Below are positions 27,091 through 40,945 of a DNA stretch of 64,000 nucleotides, piece by piece. The DNA lies in NCBI GenBank assembly GCA_964016885.1, contig OZ024743.1, positions 124,992,001-125,056,000 of the forward strand, written 5' to 3'. Both the position numbers and the translations under genes were made by a program. The DNA is from Eledone cirrhosa (taxonomy: Eukaryota). The notes below the pieces were generated by a model that saw only the letters and a list, made by a program, of their open reading frames with translations, was not told where the DNA came from and did not search any database. How positions within the stretch are numbered: position 1 is the first letter of the stretch; every line of letters begins with the position of its first letter.

Positions 27091-28099
27091 TATAGTTTAG
27101 TTAAAAAGGATTTAGAGAAAATATTCACTATTATCCCGTTGCTCTCATTACTCACTCAATGAGATTGGGTAAACTTTAAGATGTTCTTTTATTGTAAGTT
27201 TATTTTCTCAGCCAGTACGTTAAAGAAAATTGATAGTTACAACAATAAATGTTGAACAGATAACAAATTTATTAACAAACTTTACAATAATTTGTACAAC
27301 CAGAATGGAAATTCCAAGTAACAGAAAATATATAAATTACATTGTTAGAGCCTCAGAGTATACAATATTTTTTGTTCGGCCCTCGGGAGCAAAGATGAAG
27401 AGATTGTTTGGCGAGCTCACTCTAGAGCCTCCTACATACAATTGACCATGGTTTTCCCAGATGAAGGCCAGCCACTTTTAGGGTTTGACCCTGAGCTTTG
27501 TTGATGGTAATCGCGAAACTTAGTCTCTCTGTTGCTCTAGTAACATTTTTTCTTCTGGAAAATCTGATCTTGCGACCAGGCTATGACTTTTTGGGTGGCA
27601 TATCGGCAGTAACAATGACAATAAGCCATCTGAGCTTTCGTGAAATAAATACGTTTGTTTATATTTTGTTTGTGTGCATGCAAAAATATCTGTACACGAA
27701 TATATAATTATATATTTATATATTAAAATAACAGATTAAAGTTTAAGCAAAGAATCGCTGCTTTCACCCTTAACGGGATCTTCTGAAACTAAAAAATCAA
27801 TCTGTCAACGCACAAGTAAATATTTCGAAAAGCTTTGCAACCGAAAGAAAACAGGAAGATGATACTTTGGTTCGTGAAGACGTTAGGAATGTCGTATAAC
27901 CGGAAGTGTTGACATTTGAAAATTTTAAAGAAGTGAATATTTAAATGTCTTTAATCTTTTAAACAAAATTCAGTAGACAAAAATACCCTCACTTTCTTAC
28001 TTGGAAAAAGTTACATCTATGGTGCAAATTTGATGCCGTTTGGTCCAGCAGCTTGGCGGAAAGTTTGTTACTTACATACGGCCGTCAGCCTTATATTAT

Positions 28100-28702
28100 A
28101 CTAGCAGATGTACCCGGCGTTACTCGGGAAATGAATGACAGCCTGTTTGTCCGTATAAAGAGAGCCAAAGGTTGAGCAAAGAATTGAAATGTAATTGTAA
28201 AAAAAGGTTTAACAAAATGGGTGCACAGTGACATGATTGAGTGAAATAAACGGCAACATAAAAACAATTCATGGGGTAGCTTGAGTTAATTGACGTAAAT
28301 GATTTCAGGTCCGGCCTTGCTGTAGTAGGTATGAGTAAGGGGATAAAGATGGAATAGACGCACCGTATGTTCTTCAGTAGACTAAACCCTATGCGTAAGA
28401 TGGCGCTGCCACTACCACGTTGACCATCCACTGGACATAGAAATATCATTCCTTGAAGCAAATCGGCTTAGTACTTCAAAAGTTAAAAGGACCCTAGTAT
28501 TTGTTCACAGACAGATACACACACAAAATCGATTTTTCGGCCCCAATATCGATTTTTATTTCAAATTTGTTTTTGTCCAAAACCTGCTCTGGCTTATAAG
28601 CAACATGTGTGCCAAATTTGGTTGAAATCGGCCTAGTACTTCAAAAGTTAAAAGGAGCCTAGTAGTTGTACACAGACAGACACACACACACAGACCGACT
28701 TG

Positions 28703-28712
<10 letters not shown>
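28100..28712 (+). mobile_element. Helitron/Helentron-associated (DINE-1/HINE-like) non-autonomous element
   Basis: Starts actagcag..tacccggcgttactcggg and ends gacagacacaca...tgcttttatatata, with an internal duplicated aaatcggc(t/c)tagtacttcaaaagttaaa block. These termini are typical of such elements, but the family is not verified. Confidence 0.5.
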
Positions 28713-28746
<34 letters not shown>

Positions 28747-28793
28747 TATAAATAAAACGAAAAATCAGCGATGCATCTGGACTTAGTTTATTT

Positions 28794-28884
28794 CGTGTTA
28801 CAAATGTTTCGCCGGCATGTAGGTCGAGTCATGGTCCTTGTATGGATCTGGCTGATTCTACTTCTGCGGGTTCTTTCAGACACG
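28794..28884 (-). ncRNA. Hammerhead with a very long stem II
   Basis: CGUGU-CUGAAAGA-[~61-nt irregular hairpin]-GAAA-CAUUUG-UA-ACACG. Stem I has 5 bp, the triplet is GUA, and the core has one extra A. The element is bounded by (TA)n on both sides. Confidence 0.65.
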
Positions 28885-28925
28885 GGTGTTTCGTCCGGAG
28901 CAAATTTTATCACGGAGCAAATTTT

Positions 28926-28957
<32 letters not shown>

Positions 28958-28958
28958 A

Positions 28959-29309
28959 TGTAAAAGGTAAACAGAAATAACAACACAATCAGTACAGTAT
29001 ATGGAAGGGATATATTAGATTAACGCTTGATATAGCAGGAAGAGGGTCTTAATGTTTCGGACGCTAGTCCTTCATCAGAAGAAAGAATGAGAAATAAGAT
29101 AGATTGAGGGGACGGGCGGGTTGGAATTGGAAAAAATGTATTTAGATAAAAATAACAGATCCATTCATGTTGACATCTCTTGCAAAACTGTTGGTGCTGG
29201 TGTTTTGTGTATGATTTATTTTTTAGAAAGGTGGATGATGGAGCGTGTCTACCTGAAATGGAAAAAAACCCGTTTTGTATAAAGAGCTATACTTGTGCAC
29301 GTGCGTAAG

Positions 29310-29401
<92 letters not shown>

Positions 29402-30175
29402 TGTCTGTGTTATTATACGTCCGTACGAAGCTAAGAAGAAATGTGTGTGTATATGTGAGTAAACGAGTGTGTGTGCATGTAAGTACGAAGCTATGAGAAA
29501 AAGTATGTTAATATAACGGTGTGTATATGTGTATACAGAGCAGTGAAGGGAAAAGTGGAGTGAGCATATATAGTCGGCATGTATTAGTTGTAAGAGAAGA
29601 TGTTAATGATCAAGAGAAAGCGAGAGGAATCTAGGTGTGTGATTATGGACGGGGTATTAGAGAAATTGGGGAGGTGAGTTGAGTCCAAGAAGGGAATAGG
29701 ACCCAAGGCGGTGAATCAGACTTTGTTCAGTCCTGGTGCGCGAGGCCTGTGACCCATGATGTAAAAGGACACCCAGGACTGAAACATGTAGGGAAGAATG
29801 ACAAGGAGAACAGAAATGACGGGCGACAGGAGTATCCAAACCGAGTCGTATGACCCTCAAATACTCGGCAAAACGGTCTGCCATACGGCGTCCCGTTTGT
29901 CCGATATATAAAAACTCGCAAAGGGAACACCGGAGGCCATAAACAATGTGGGTGGATGTGCAGGTGAACGAGTGGCGGATACGGAAAGACCCGTTAGGAC
30001 CTGTAAGAGTGGTGAGGGTGGAAATGAAGAGACAAGTGTTGCAGTGGAACGGGAACAAGGATGAAAGCCGGGTGGAGTCGTGGGAGAGGACGAGAAGGAA
30101 CTGCGAACCAGGGGGTCGCAGAGGTTGCAGGCGCGCTTAAAAGCAGTAATGGGTGAGTTTGGAAATAAGCGAGAA
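28959..30175 (-). mobile_element. Penelope-like (Neptune-type) element 3' part: GIY-YIG endonuclease + 3'UTR with hammerhead (29047-29082)
   Basis: ORF 29657-30058: FTC.S..IVYGLRCSLC..LYIGQTGRRMADRF.EY...PVARHF...H...EQ.LIHRLG.....GLN, a GIY-YIG domain with CCHH. HHR reads UCUU-CUGAUGA-AGGAC-UAGC-GUCC-GAAACAUU-AAGA. Confidence 0.9.
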
Positions 30176-30516
30176 GTGACGGGGTCAGAAGAGAGGATCC
30201 ACTGAGAACTATGTAGCTAAATGCTTTATATACGCCCTCAGTGCAGACATGGTTATGTAATGGCGCATTTATTCGCCTTGTCACCAAAACATCATAGGAT
30301 TTCTGCATCATTTTTAGTTCTAGATTGTCAGCACCACTCCACTGCATCATGTTGATTTAACCGCTAATTGTTCATGACTGCTTATTTGATTAGTGCATCA
30401 TCTTATATAACAGAACATCCCTCAATCCACTGCCAAGAGACGCAGCAACTGCTAGCAGAGCTCTGGAACTGGACTATGTAAATATGTTTAGACTGTGTAT
30501 GATATTATAATTTAAT

Positions 30517-30702
30517 TGTTTCTACTTTAGGCACAAGGCCAGCAAATTACCCAGTGCATTACTGGTACTTTATTTTATCGACCCCGTAAGGATGAAAGGC
30601 AAAGTTAACCTCAACGGGATTTGAACTCAGATCGTAAAGGGACGTAACTATGCTGGAAAGCATGGCGTCCGACCCTCTACCGATACTGCCAATCCACCGC
30701 CC
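30517..30702 (-). mobile_element. tRNA-derived SINE (family A) with 16-bp TSD
   Basis: Full copy with A/B boxes and a tttgcctttcatccttacggggtcgataaaataaagtaccag core. TSD gatattataatttaat at 30501-30516 and 30708-30723. More than 15 related copies occur in the window (e.g. 7600, 12515, 34918, 46347, 47565). Confidence 0.85.
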
Positions 30703-32365
30703 TTATAGATATTATAATTTAATGTTGTAATTTTAATCTTGTTAGTTGTTTATGCCACGGCATTCAATGAAAGATGGGGGTTTCAGTTTGCAAGTACTTC
30801 TTGTACACAAAAAGTTGTTTGATAGAGCTGCCATTATCAGTTACCACACAGAGTGACACCAACCCTAGTAACGTCACTGTAACACGTCACTGTAACACGT
30901 CACTGTAACTTGAAACATGGAATATATTAACACGTGCGTTTTACTACATCAAGAAAAAAAGCTCACCAATTCCTAACATACCGTAACTTAAAATGAACGA
31001 CTGTGATTATTACTTAAATGGCAAGCTTGAACTGTTTCTTGAGTATTAAAATGCATTCTCTCTTCTGTATAGGGGGCATTCTTATACCTTATAACACATC
31101 GTTGTCGAATTAATGAGGTCGTTAGAAATAACAACTAAAACTCCCTTAAATTATCATACCCTACTCGCTTAAAAAATTGCAAGATACATTAAATAATGTA
31201 GTCATTGATATACATCTAAAGAAGACTGGATATTTGCTATTCATGGTTATTGATTATTTAAACTTACAACAATAAGTTGTAAAAAAGACTACAGCCAAAC
31301 TGTTAAAATACAATTAAAGATGTTAAAAATCTTGTCTTTAACAGAAATCCATTAAGCTGTTATGGAGAACTCCAGTTTGTTTTAATCTTCAAAGCATGAT
31401 CAGATAGTATGGCTACTAGCTGCTGTCGTTTGTTAGTCAAATGTAACAGACATATAACAAATCTTATTCTAATCCAGTTGAAATCTTTTGTAAACAACGA
31501 AGGAACGTAAAGCTAGATTGTGTCCTTTAGTACAATCTTGAACTAGCTTTTAGTCGTGGTGGTGGTGGTGGTGGTGATGGTGCTGGTGGTGGTGGTCATC
31601 GTCGTCGTCGTTGCCGCCGTCGTTGCCGCCGTCGTTATTGTTGTAGTTGTGTAGCGCTTGGTCAACCCTGGTTATACAGACCTTTATGATTAAAAAATAT
31701 TACAACTACGATTATCTCGTCTTTTTAATATACTGAGGGCGTTTGTAGATAAACTGGAAGAAGCGTTCTGGTGGTGAGAATAACACTTGACTATTATTTC
31801 ACCACCATGCATAAAGGGTGCTGTTTCCATGCTTAAGTGCGTGCTCTAAGAAAGAGGATATAAAAGTCATTCGACGAGCAAGGATGAGAGGGGAGCGACG
31901 TGGCAACAAAGCCACTATACGGTCTTTGACAGGACCAGCACGGTGTTTGGTTCCAAACAAATATATGCAGTTTTCCAACAGCATTTTACAGAACTGTTTT
32001 GTGAAGGAATGAACTGGAGACGGGCAACCTCAGAACTTAGCCTCATGTTTTCATGTATAAAAATGATTAAAGAACATGTAAGTTGACATATGGTATCTCA
32101 CAAAAAGATGACAATAGACGAGTTAAAGGGACAGTATATGAGAGTTAAAGGGACACTATTTTCGAATCCGTAGGTGGAGATAGAATATAAGATTATTAAG
32201 AAGTCATATATTTCAAGACCTTATCTTAAACACACTAGTCATAGTTAACATTGGAGGAAATACCCCTACTATAAAACACCACGAAACGTCTATAGCGTAT
32301 ATGATACTTAGTCCGCCACATCATCTATACAACAATTTCATCTCTATTAAAAAAGGTATAATAAA

Positions 32366-32447
<82 letters not shown>

Positions 32448-32658
32448 ACATCACGGACACTCTATCTCAAAATTATCTTTGAAAAGCATTAGAAATGCGC
32501 AACCGGTAAAACTTAAAACCAAACCTGAATACTAACCAATACTATTACTAATTCTCACTTATTCCTAATTAAACTATTTTTCACTGTGAACAATTTGTCA
32601 GCATTTTCTTTTCCGTTTACCAATATATCATAACTTGTGTGTTACACCTCTATTCTTT

Positions 32659-32707
<49 letters not shown>

Positions 32708-32749
32708 CTCTCTTTTTCCTTCCCTCTTTCCCACTATATATATATATAT

Positions 32750-32955
32750 ATTTAATATAGAAATAGCTTCTACAGGACTAGAACTGTTTCATTCGAAGGA
32801 AATATTTAGGAAAGCTTTCCTGATGATTTCCTTCGGATGAAACAGTTCTAGTCCTGGTCTAGTCCTGTAGAAGCCATTTCTATATTAAATATTTATACTC
32901 TGCTATGTATTGAGTACCTTAATTACTGCGATTACCCCCTATTGAACCCGGGATA
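32750..32955 (+). mobile_element. Fold-back PLE-type end with hammerhead at 32816-32873
   Basis: Imperfect inverted arms meet at ggaaag|ctttcc (32814/32815). HHR reads UUUC-CUGAUGA-UUUCCUUCGGAU-GAAA-CAG...CUG-UA-GAAG, with an 11-nt duplication in loop III. Confidence 0.75.
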
Positions 32956-32991
32956 CACATATCTATCTATCTATCTATCTATATATATACA

Positions 32992-33066
<75 letters not shown>

Positions 33067-33129
33067 TATAATAGAATAATCTATTATAATATTATATATA
33101 TATTATATTATAATAGAATATTCTATTAT

Positions 33130-33191
<62 letters not shown>

Positions 33192-36100
33192 TTACACGTT
33201 TATACCTGACAACTCATCATAATTGTCTGTGTATTTTACGTACGTGTACAGCTAGATATGCATGTGTCTATATATATATTTCATGAATACATAATGTATG
33301 TACGCATGTCTGTAAGCATCGTATGTATGTAAATATGTATGTATGTATGTATGTAAATATGTATGTATGTATGTATGTAAATATGTATGTATGTATGTAT
33401 GTATGTACGTACGTACGTGCGTGTAATTTTGTGACGTTGGTCAAAGGCGTCGTCACGACAAAGTCTACTGCAGCTGAATTCGAATTGAGATAGATTGCCC
33501 TGATTATAATACTAATAGATTGTGAACAACGGAGCAGTTTAGTTTTCAGAAATCAGAGACACCCCACTGAAACAATAAAACAATAAAAATATAACAATAA
33601 TAAAAGAAAAAGAAATAATCAATCGGTGTGACAGATGTGTAAGTCTTGATAGGCTGCAACGGCAATTGTGTCGTGGCTGAACGAATGCTTATAAACTAAT
33701 CTTTGGCACAGATTATTCAATTTTTAAATAGAGAAATCTCAGCTTCACACTCATACTGAGTGAGCAGACAGATTTCAACATTTTACATAGAGCCAAACCC
33801 AAAACGAAAAACATCAAAACTCCGGCCCCACTTTTTTTATATTGTGACACCGTCATTATTCCGTGAGTACAGATTACAATTTTTTTTATTTAACTTAATT
33901 TAACTTAATTTCAAAGATAATAATATATATTCTTATTAGTAACTAAGACTCGAGGTTGTGGATCGGAAGACTCACTAGAGAGTCGGACTAAATGCTTTGC
34001 AGAATTTATTTCGGTACTCTACATTCTGTGTCCACATCTTGCCGACGTCAACTTTATTTATCAGTACCTCAGGGTCGATACGTAATGGTATCAGCTATGT
34101 AATGGTTCTATTTAAACGATTCATCCATCTCCTCCAAATTTCAGTTTTTGAGTCTTATGTTAGAAACAATTAATAACTAAGGTGGCCGGATACAATACCT
34201 TACACGTTTTAGATTTGAATCTTATACGTTCAAAGTTCAAATCGCTCGGGAATTTATAAAATCAACTCAGACATATACTGGCGTTGATCCTTACTCTGTG
34301 TTCTTATGCCGATGTAAAAAAATTATTAATAAATAAATTGGTTTACGAGCGATATAGAAAGACACGAAGTTTTAGGTGAGCCATGTTCGTGATTCGGATT
34401 CTATTTCCGAGTGTACCCATTTTATTTCATTGATCCAATAACCCTCTTGAGAAACTTGTATAAAGTCCTTAATTAATTTTCCAAAATTTTTTAGCCAAAT
34501 AAGAAATCATTAACACCCCCCCCCCCTCCAAAAAAAAGTGACATAGGATTCACTCCGTTCTCCAGGTTTAATTCTTGAAAGCAACTATTTTATTACACTT
34601 CATGTTCTTAAAATATGAACGATACACATCTACAGACTTCAAACAAAGTATCTATAGAAAACCTCATTAATCGATAATAAAGAACTCTAACTCTTCAGTT
34701 GCATTGTCTCAATATATAATATAACTTAAACTTTGATCAGTGGACTGAAGTGTGACATCCCAGACTTCGATTGGCTTCAAGCAAATTTTAGATATCTTTA
34801 TAAAATAACAAAGTAACCGCAAATAACATATTCTTAACAAATGGAATAAACTGACTAAACAAATAATTCGATGTTAAATATCACGTGTATTATCTTATAT
34901 GTGTTTATCTTATATATGGAGCGGATTGGTAGTATCGGTAGAGCGTCAGACACCATGTTTTGCAACATAGAGTTATGGCCCTTTACGTTATGGATTCAAA
35001 TCCCGCTGAGATTAGCTTTGCCTTTCATCCTTACGGGGTCGATAAAATAAAGCACCAGAAATACACTGGGATAATTGCTGGCCTTGTGCCAAAAATAGAA
35101 ACAATTATCTTATATGTGTATGACGCATCAGTCGTGAATAATATATCAATTAACCTTCAATAAACATTAATGTAATGATTGATGTATAGTAATACATTTG
35201 AAGGTGCTTGAAAAAGATTTATTGTGTCTTTATCAACAGATAAAGTTTTTACTCTGATAATTAAAGTACTGAATGACAGAGTTGAAATCTGGAACTTTAG
35301 TTTGTTGTATTGCAAGACACTTTTGTTCAGACACTTTCCAGTTCAAATTAATAATCATATCAATATTTAAGGACAGTGGGAGGTCTACATAATCAGTAAA
35401 GCGACGAACAAAATCTACTTGATTGTTTTTAATTATGTATCTCTTTTATAATTTCAAATCCTAGTGTAGTCCATTTTGTTTCTTCTTCGAACGGACAAAA
35501 TAGGTATCAGTAGTGTACTAAATCCACTGTACAGATAAGAAGTTATATGCCTAAGACAGAACAAACTCTTGTTAAAAAAATGATAATTTAAAGTTAAATT
35601 CTTCGTATACTCCTATAAACCTGTGACTTGTAAGGAATCAATTTTAAAGATAGTGTGGCGAAAGACAGTGAGTAAAAAGGGAAACTCAGAATAGGTCGTA
35701 TCCACTTAGTGTTTTTTTTTGTTACTAATTGAAAGCTACTTCACTCCAGGGACTTCTAAACATCCAATTCCTCAACCCTTAACACATAAAAAATGTGTAA
35801 GCCATAAAAAATAAATATTATAGCAGGGGTCTGGCGAGCAAAGGTTAGTTACTTGAGGGTCAAGACTCTTAGCTGGTTCCCCCACCTCCGCTCCAATTGT
35901 AATCTTTTACATCAGTAATACTCTTTGAGTAAAGTATGAAATCCAAAATTAAATATCAATTTCTTCATCATGATGGCCCTTGTGTCTAGTAACAAAAACA
36001 ATCTACTGGCAAAATCGTTAGAATGTCAGAAAAAATGTCTTGCGACACATATCCCGAGTTTCTACATTCTGGGTTCAAATCCAGCTGATGTAAACTTTGC

Positions 36101-36591
36101 CTTCAAACCTTTCGAGCTCGATAAAATAAAGTACCAGTCAATTACTGGGATCGATCTGAAGTGGCTTCGGGAAGAATGTGAGGAATCCTTCCAGGGAAGC
36201 TACTTCGCTACCACAGAGAAGTGTGTTTGCCGGTGCTCTGCTAGAGTAACTTCGATAACTTTGATAGGTTTCAGCCAGTATTGGCCCAGGCCATGTCTAA
36301 CTTAATAGCACTATGGCACATATTATTGATGATTCATCTACAATAATTGATTATTAGTTAATACTGTGTTTATGCCAAACACATTTATATTGAGTGTCGA
36401 GAACTACAGGCTTCGGTTTGAACTACCAATGGAACCATTTTCACCTCACATAAATTATTGTCTTGAAGAAGGGACAGGAATATCACAGCTTTCTTGTCTC
36501 AACTCCTTAAAATATAAGAATTCAAAATTCAATTCACTCAATCACGATTTCAATTACAAGCCATTTTGCTTCTATTATATTGTTAAAGCAA

Positions 36592-36984
36592 GGCGGTGGA
36601 TTGGCAGTATCGGTAGAGGGTCGGACGCCATGCTTTGACGCATTGAGTTACGGCTCTTGCCATTCTGAGTTCAAATCCCGCCGAGGTTAACTTTGCCTTT
36701 CATCCTTACGGGGTCGATAAAATAAAGTACCAGTAATACACTGGGGTAATAGCTGGCCGTGTGCCAAAAGTAGAAACAATTATATTATTAAAGCAAGGGC
36801 GGTGACTTGGCAGTACCGGTTAAGGGTCGGACGCCATTCTTTACAGTATAGAGTTAAGGCCCTTTATGATCTGATTTTAAATCCCGCCGAGGTTAACTTT
36901 GCTTTTCATCCTTACGGGATCGATAAAATAAAGTACCAGTAAAGCACTGAGATAATTGCTGGCCATGTGCCAAAAGTAAAAACA
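36592..36984 (+). mobile_element. Two head-to-tail family A SINEs sharing one 18-bp target
   Basis: attatatt(g/a)ttaaagcaa at 36574-36591, 36779-36796 and 36985-37002. Confidence 0.85.
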
Positions 36985-37453
36985 ATTATATTGTTAAAGC
37001 AATCCTTCAGGAAACGATTATATATCACAGTTTCCAGTTTTAAATACACAAATGCCATGTCCAGACGTAAACTAAAAACAACTAAAGTCGTTTCTCGTAA
37101 ACAAGTATGAATTAATAGTATGTACCATACTTTCAGTAAGGGTTTAGGGTATTCATGCAATCGCGAGCAGACATAAACACCCTCCCTGCCTTAGTTCAGC
37201 GGAACTGCCAATATGTGACGACTGGAAGGAGAGAGTGCTGCACTAGCATTGGGCTGGCACTTTTTTATCGACCCCGATAAGATGAAAGACAAAGTGGACC
37301 TTGGCGGAATTTGAACTCAGAACACATTTCCAATCGACCACCTACACCCATACATAATGTTTTAAAATCACTTCTTTTGAAACAACTACAAATCTATTTC
37401 TGTAACATCTTCATTCTTTCTATTCCTTTCAGTAAATCATACCAAAACCAACA

Positions 37454-37699
37454 ATGACGACACTAGAAAAGTATATTCTTCTTGTAGTGGTTGGCTTTCT
37501 TTGTTTCTGTAATGTCCAGGCAGAGCTGGACTGTAACCACACAGTAACAAAACAGGCCTGGTTCGATATCGTCATTAAAGATTTTGACGGACCGGGTGAA
37601 GATCTTCATGAACGTTTTGTGATTGGTCTGTTCGGAAAAACAGCTCCCTCAACTGTATTGAACTTTGCCGCATTAACAGATGGTTACATACATCGCAAT
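37454..37699 (+). CDS. PPIB: Cyclophilin-type peptidyl-prolyl cis-trans isomerase (PPIB/CypB-like, secreted), first coding exon
   Basis: ATG at 37454 encodes a hydrophobic signal peptide (MTTLEKYILLVVVGFLCFCNVQA) followed by VTKQAWFDIVI...FVIGLFGKTAPSTVLNFAAL, the CypB/C N-terminal motif. GTGAGT donor at 37700 (phase 0). A polypyrimidine+AG acceptor at 37431-37432 implies an upstream 5'UTR exon. Orthology versus paralogy to PPIB is not resolved. Confidence 0.9.
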
Positions 37700-38179
37700 G
37701 TGAGTACTTACAATTAAATAGATTTTAACGGTCTATTAATATATTCAGCTCCTCGCTCTTTTCTTTTCATTTCCCCCCTTTAAATATATTCCCCTCTATT
37801 ATATACTTAATCCGTCACTCGGTTTAACACCACCACATGGCTATAGTGCCTTAAGTGCATTTCTTTCTGTAGCAAGTATTCAAACCAAACATTCAGTCTG
37901 AGTCTAACAAAATATTTCTGTTTTCATCCATTGGTCTCGATGGCCCCGTAAAAAAATATCATTGGCGCTACACTTCATCTTCCGATGAAGCCTTAAAATA
38001 AGTTTCATAAGTTGGGTTCAGTATCGCGGAAGAGCCATAAAACGTATGCAAGAATACATATATAGTTTAGGAAATGCAATTGTCATGTATGCGCTATGTA
38101 ACACTGATACTATGATTGTTACTTCAGGTTTTTGAATTCAGTATTACATGTCAACGGAAAACGTGTCAATAATAATATT

Positions 38180-38213
<34 letters not shown>

Positions 38214-38274
38214 CAACGCGCGCGCGCGCGTACACACACACACACACACACACACACATCAACGCGCGCGCGCG

Positions 38275-38319
<45 letters not shown>

Positions 38320-38439
38320 CCAAACGACTGACTGAATACGTACATGTTTTTTTTATCCCTATTTTTCCCTAATTTCCCCCGCCCTCGTTCCTTCCTCTCC
38401 TCACTCTTTCTTTCTATTTATCTCCTATTTCTAACTCTA

Positions 38440-38475
38440 TCTTCTGATGAAGGACTAGTGTCCGAAACGCTAAAA
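38440..38475 (+). ncRNA. Minimal hammerhead, diverged copy of the Neptune-associated family
   Basis: UCUU-CUGAUGA-AGGAC-UAGU-GUCC-GAAAC-GCU-AAAA, with the cleavage triplet mutated. A further decayed CUGAAGA copy lies at ~38606-38633. Confidence 0.65.
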
Positions 38476-38554
38476 CCCCCTTTCTGCTATTTCAAGCGTT
38501 AAACTAATATATTTCTTCAATGTACTGTGTCATTTGCCTTGTTTTTTTCTGTTA

Positions 38555-38594
<40 letters not shown>

Positions 38595-38708
38595 CACACA
38601 CACACCTGAAGAAGGGTTGAAGGCTGACACGTCGAACTTTCTTTCCTCTTTTCCATATAAAGCGTGAAACTAATAAGAGTTTTTGAACCTCTGCTTGTTG
38701 TTTCCTTG

Positions 38709-38761
<53 letters not shown>

Positions 38762-38992
38762 ATTTAAAGATGTTTACATTTGTTTATTATATGGTGTTGC
38801 TAAAATCTATAGATATATTCAGCAGTACAGTATAGCAATAATATACAGTACAGTGCCTGATTTAGATTTGATGAAGTTTCAAACTATATAAAGCTTGGAG
38901 GCCCAAAGTTATAGCAGACGGTCTCACAAAAACTGAAAATATTTATACCTTTTAATTATTTTGTGGCCCCTGCGGATTGTGGCGTTCTAAGC

Positions 38993-39385
38993 CAGTGATT
39001 CCCAAACTGTTCACCTTGATGTAATGGTGTGCTGCGATATGCAATTAGGTGCGCCGCAAAAGAGTAAGATTCTATTTTATAATGTGGAAAATTGTTATAA
39101 AGTTGAAAATTGTTATAAAGTTGAAAATTGTTATAAAGTTCATATATATGTAAAAGAAGTAATCTAAGAATGGAAACATTGCTAAAGAAACACATAATGT
39201 ATGTTTGGAATTAATAAAGAAGGAAGTACAAATAATTTGTTATCGATATTTCTACTTTATGTTAGGCTAATGTGTATAAATACTTCTTTTGAATAAATTT
39301 TCGAATTTAGGCTCAAAGTGCGCTAAATGTGTTTTACTTGTTCTTACGTGTGCCGTGAATAGAACAAAAGGTTGGAGAATCACTG
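38993..39385. mobile_element. hAT MITE with 8-bp TSD
   Basis: TIRs cagtgattcccaaac / gttggagaatcactg. TSD ttctaagc at 38985-38992 and 39386-39393. Confidence 0.85.
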
Positions 39386-40801
39386 TTCTAAGCGATAGGT
39401 TGTTTAGCTTATGCCTAAATCCAGCACTGTCTCTGTTAATTATAGTAGTTTGCCTCACTCTCTAGCTTTGGTTTGAAGGAAGAGCTGATACTGCTAAATC
39501 TTTGCTACTCCTTTTAAAATTTCTGGTAACAGATGATGGCACAAGAAGGCGAGACCAAATTGTTTCTGCTACAACTGCTGTTAGCATTTGAATTTATCGA
39601 TCTTCAAAAGCGGACAGGGTATTAAAATCGGACTGACTAACAGACTGTTGGCTACTGAGAGTGAGAGACGTGTTTTCGTTGTTTAGCTAAGACGCATTCC
39701 ATTTTAATTTTGATTTTAGTGAAATGGCTATGACTTCAGTTTTTCATGACACATTTTCGCCTTCTTTTTTTTACCCTATACAAGGGCCCGCCGGTCATTT
39801 TCCAAAATGTCCTTATAACCAATCTGCCCCTGTCGATCCTGTCAATATTTATAATTATTACTTTGGTTAGGACGTTGGATTGACACAATCATTAGAGTGT
39901 TGGACAAAATGCCTTGCAATATTTGTTCCTGCTCTTTACGTTCCGAGTTCAAATCTGGCGGAGGTAATCTTTCCCTTTCATTCTTCCAGATTAAAAAGAT
40001 AAATATTATTCAAGACTGGGGTTTACTTAATCCTCTTTTCAAATTTCTGGCCCTGTGCATGTAAGAAATTATCCTGATTACTTTGATTGTGTGAAAGAGT
40101 AGCGGATTGGCAGAAAGTGTAGGGCCAGACCAAATGCCTTGTGGTATTTAGTTATATCTCTTTACACTATGAGCTCTAATTCCAGCGTGTTCGACTATGC
40201 CTTTTATTCTTCCGGAGTCGATAAAAAATTATCAGTCATGTACTTGGATTGTTTAATAAAAAAAAGTTCTTACCCTATTAAATATGTGGCCGTGTACCTA
40301 ACTTATTATATATATATATGTTTGAATATATCATTTCTTCGCCACTTCGTTGTTATTGTTTAGCCCCTGGTCAAACTTGAGTGAGCAAAGTTAAGATTGG
40401 AGGCATTCCATGTCCACCTTATTTCTTATGTGCAAGGAATCTAGTACTGCATTGTCAAATGTGCTCTTTTTGTGACAGTTGTGTTTGTGATTTGAAGGAG
40501 ATTTGACTGTTATTTCTGGCGAGTCAAGTCCCCACATAGAAGCTCTTTTGTATACAAAGATGGCGAATGGTAGAATTATACTGAAACGGATAAAATGCAA
40601 TATACATTTATATATTTTCCCTTTAAATTCCGAGTTATCCCGCCGAGGTCTATTTTGCATTTAAACACTTCGTGATGGGGGAAGGAGATCTTGATTGATA
40701 AAAATAAAATACCAGTATCTGTCAATTATTGGGATTGATTTAATACATTTTAGTACTTTTCCCCCTAAAATTTAAGAATTATTATTATTACTGTGGTATC
40801 T

Positions 40802-40925
<124 letters not shown>

Positions 40926-40945
40926 GATAAATATCTATATATATA

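Noticed and set aside
28878-28920. Possible second, overlapping hammerhead (minus strand GGAC-GAAACAC-CC-GUGUC)
   Set aside because: No CUGANGA/UUGANAA with a matching stem II upstream; the sequence is truncated by a short duplication and (TA)n.
30872-30910. Three tandem cgtcactgtaaca units as a CRE-site cluster
   Set aside because: A simple 13-bp slippage repeat with no supporting promoter evidence.
36592-36680. tRNA-like A/B boxes as tRNA genes (also 2812, 58541 and others)
   Set aside because: They are SINE heads continuing into a shared body with TSDs; no intact cloverleaf.
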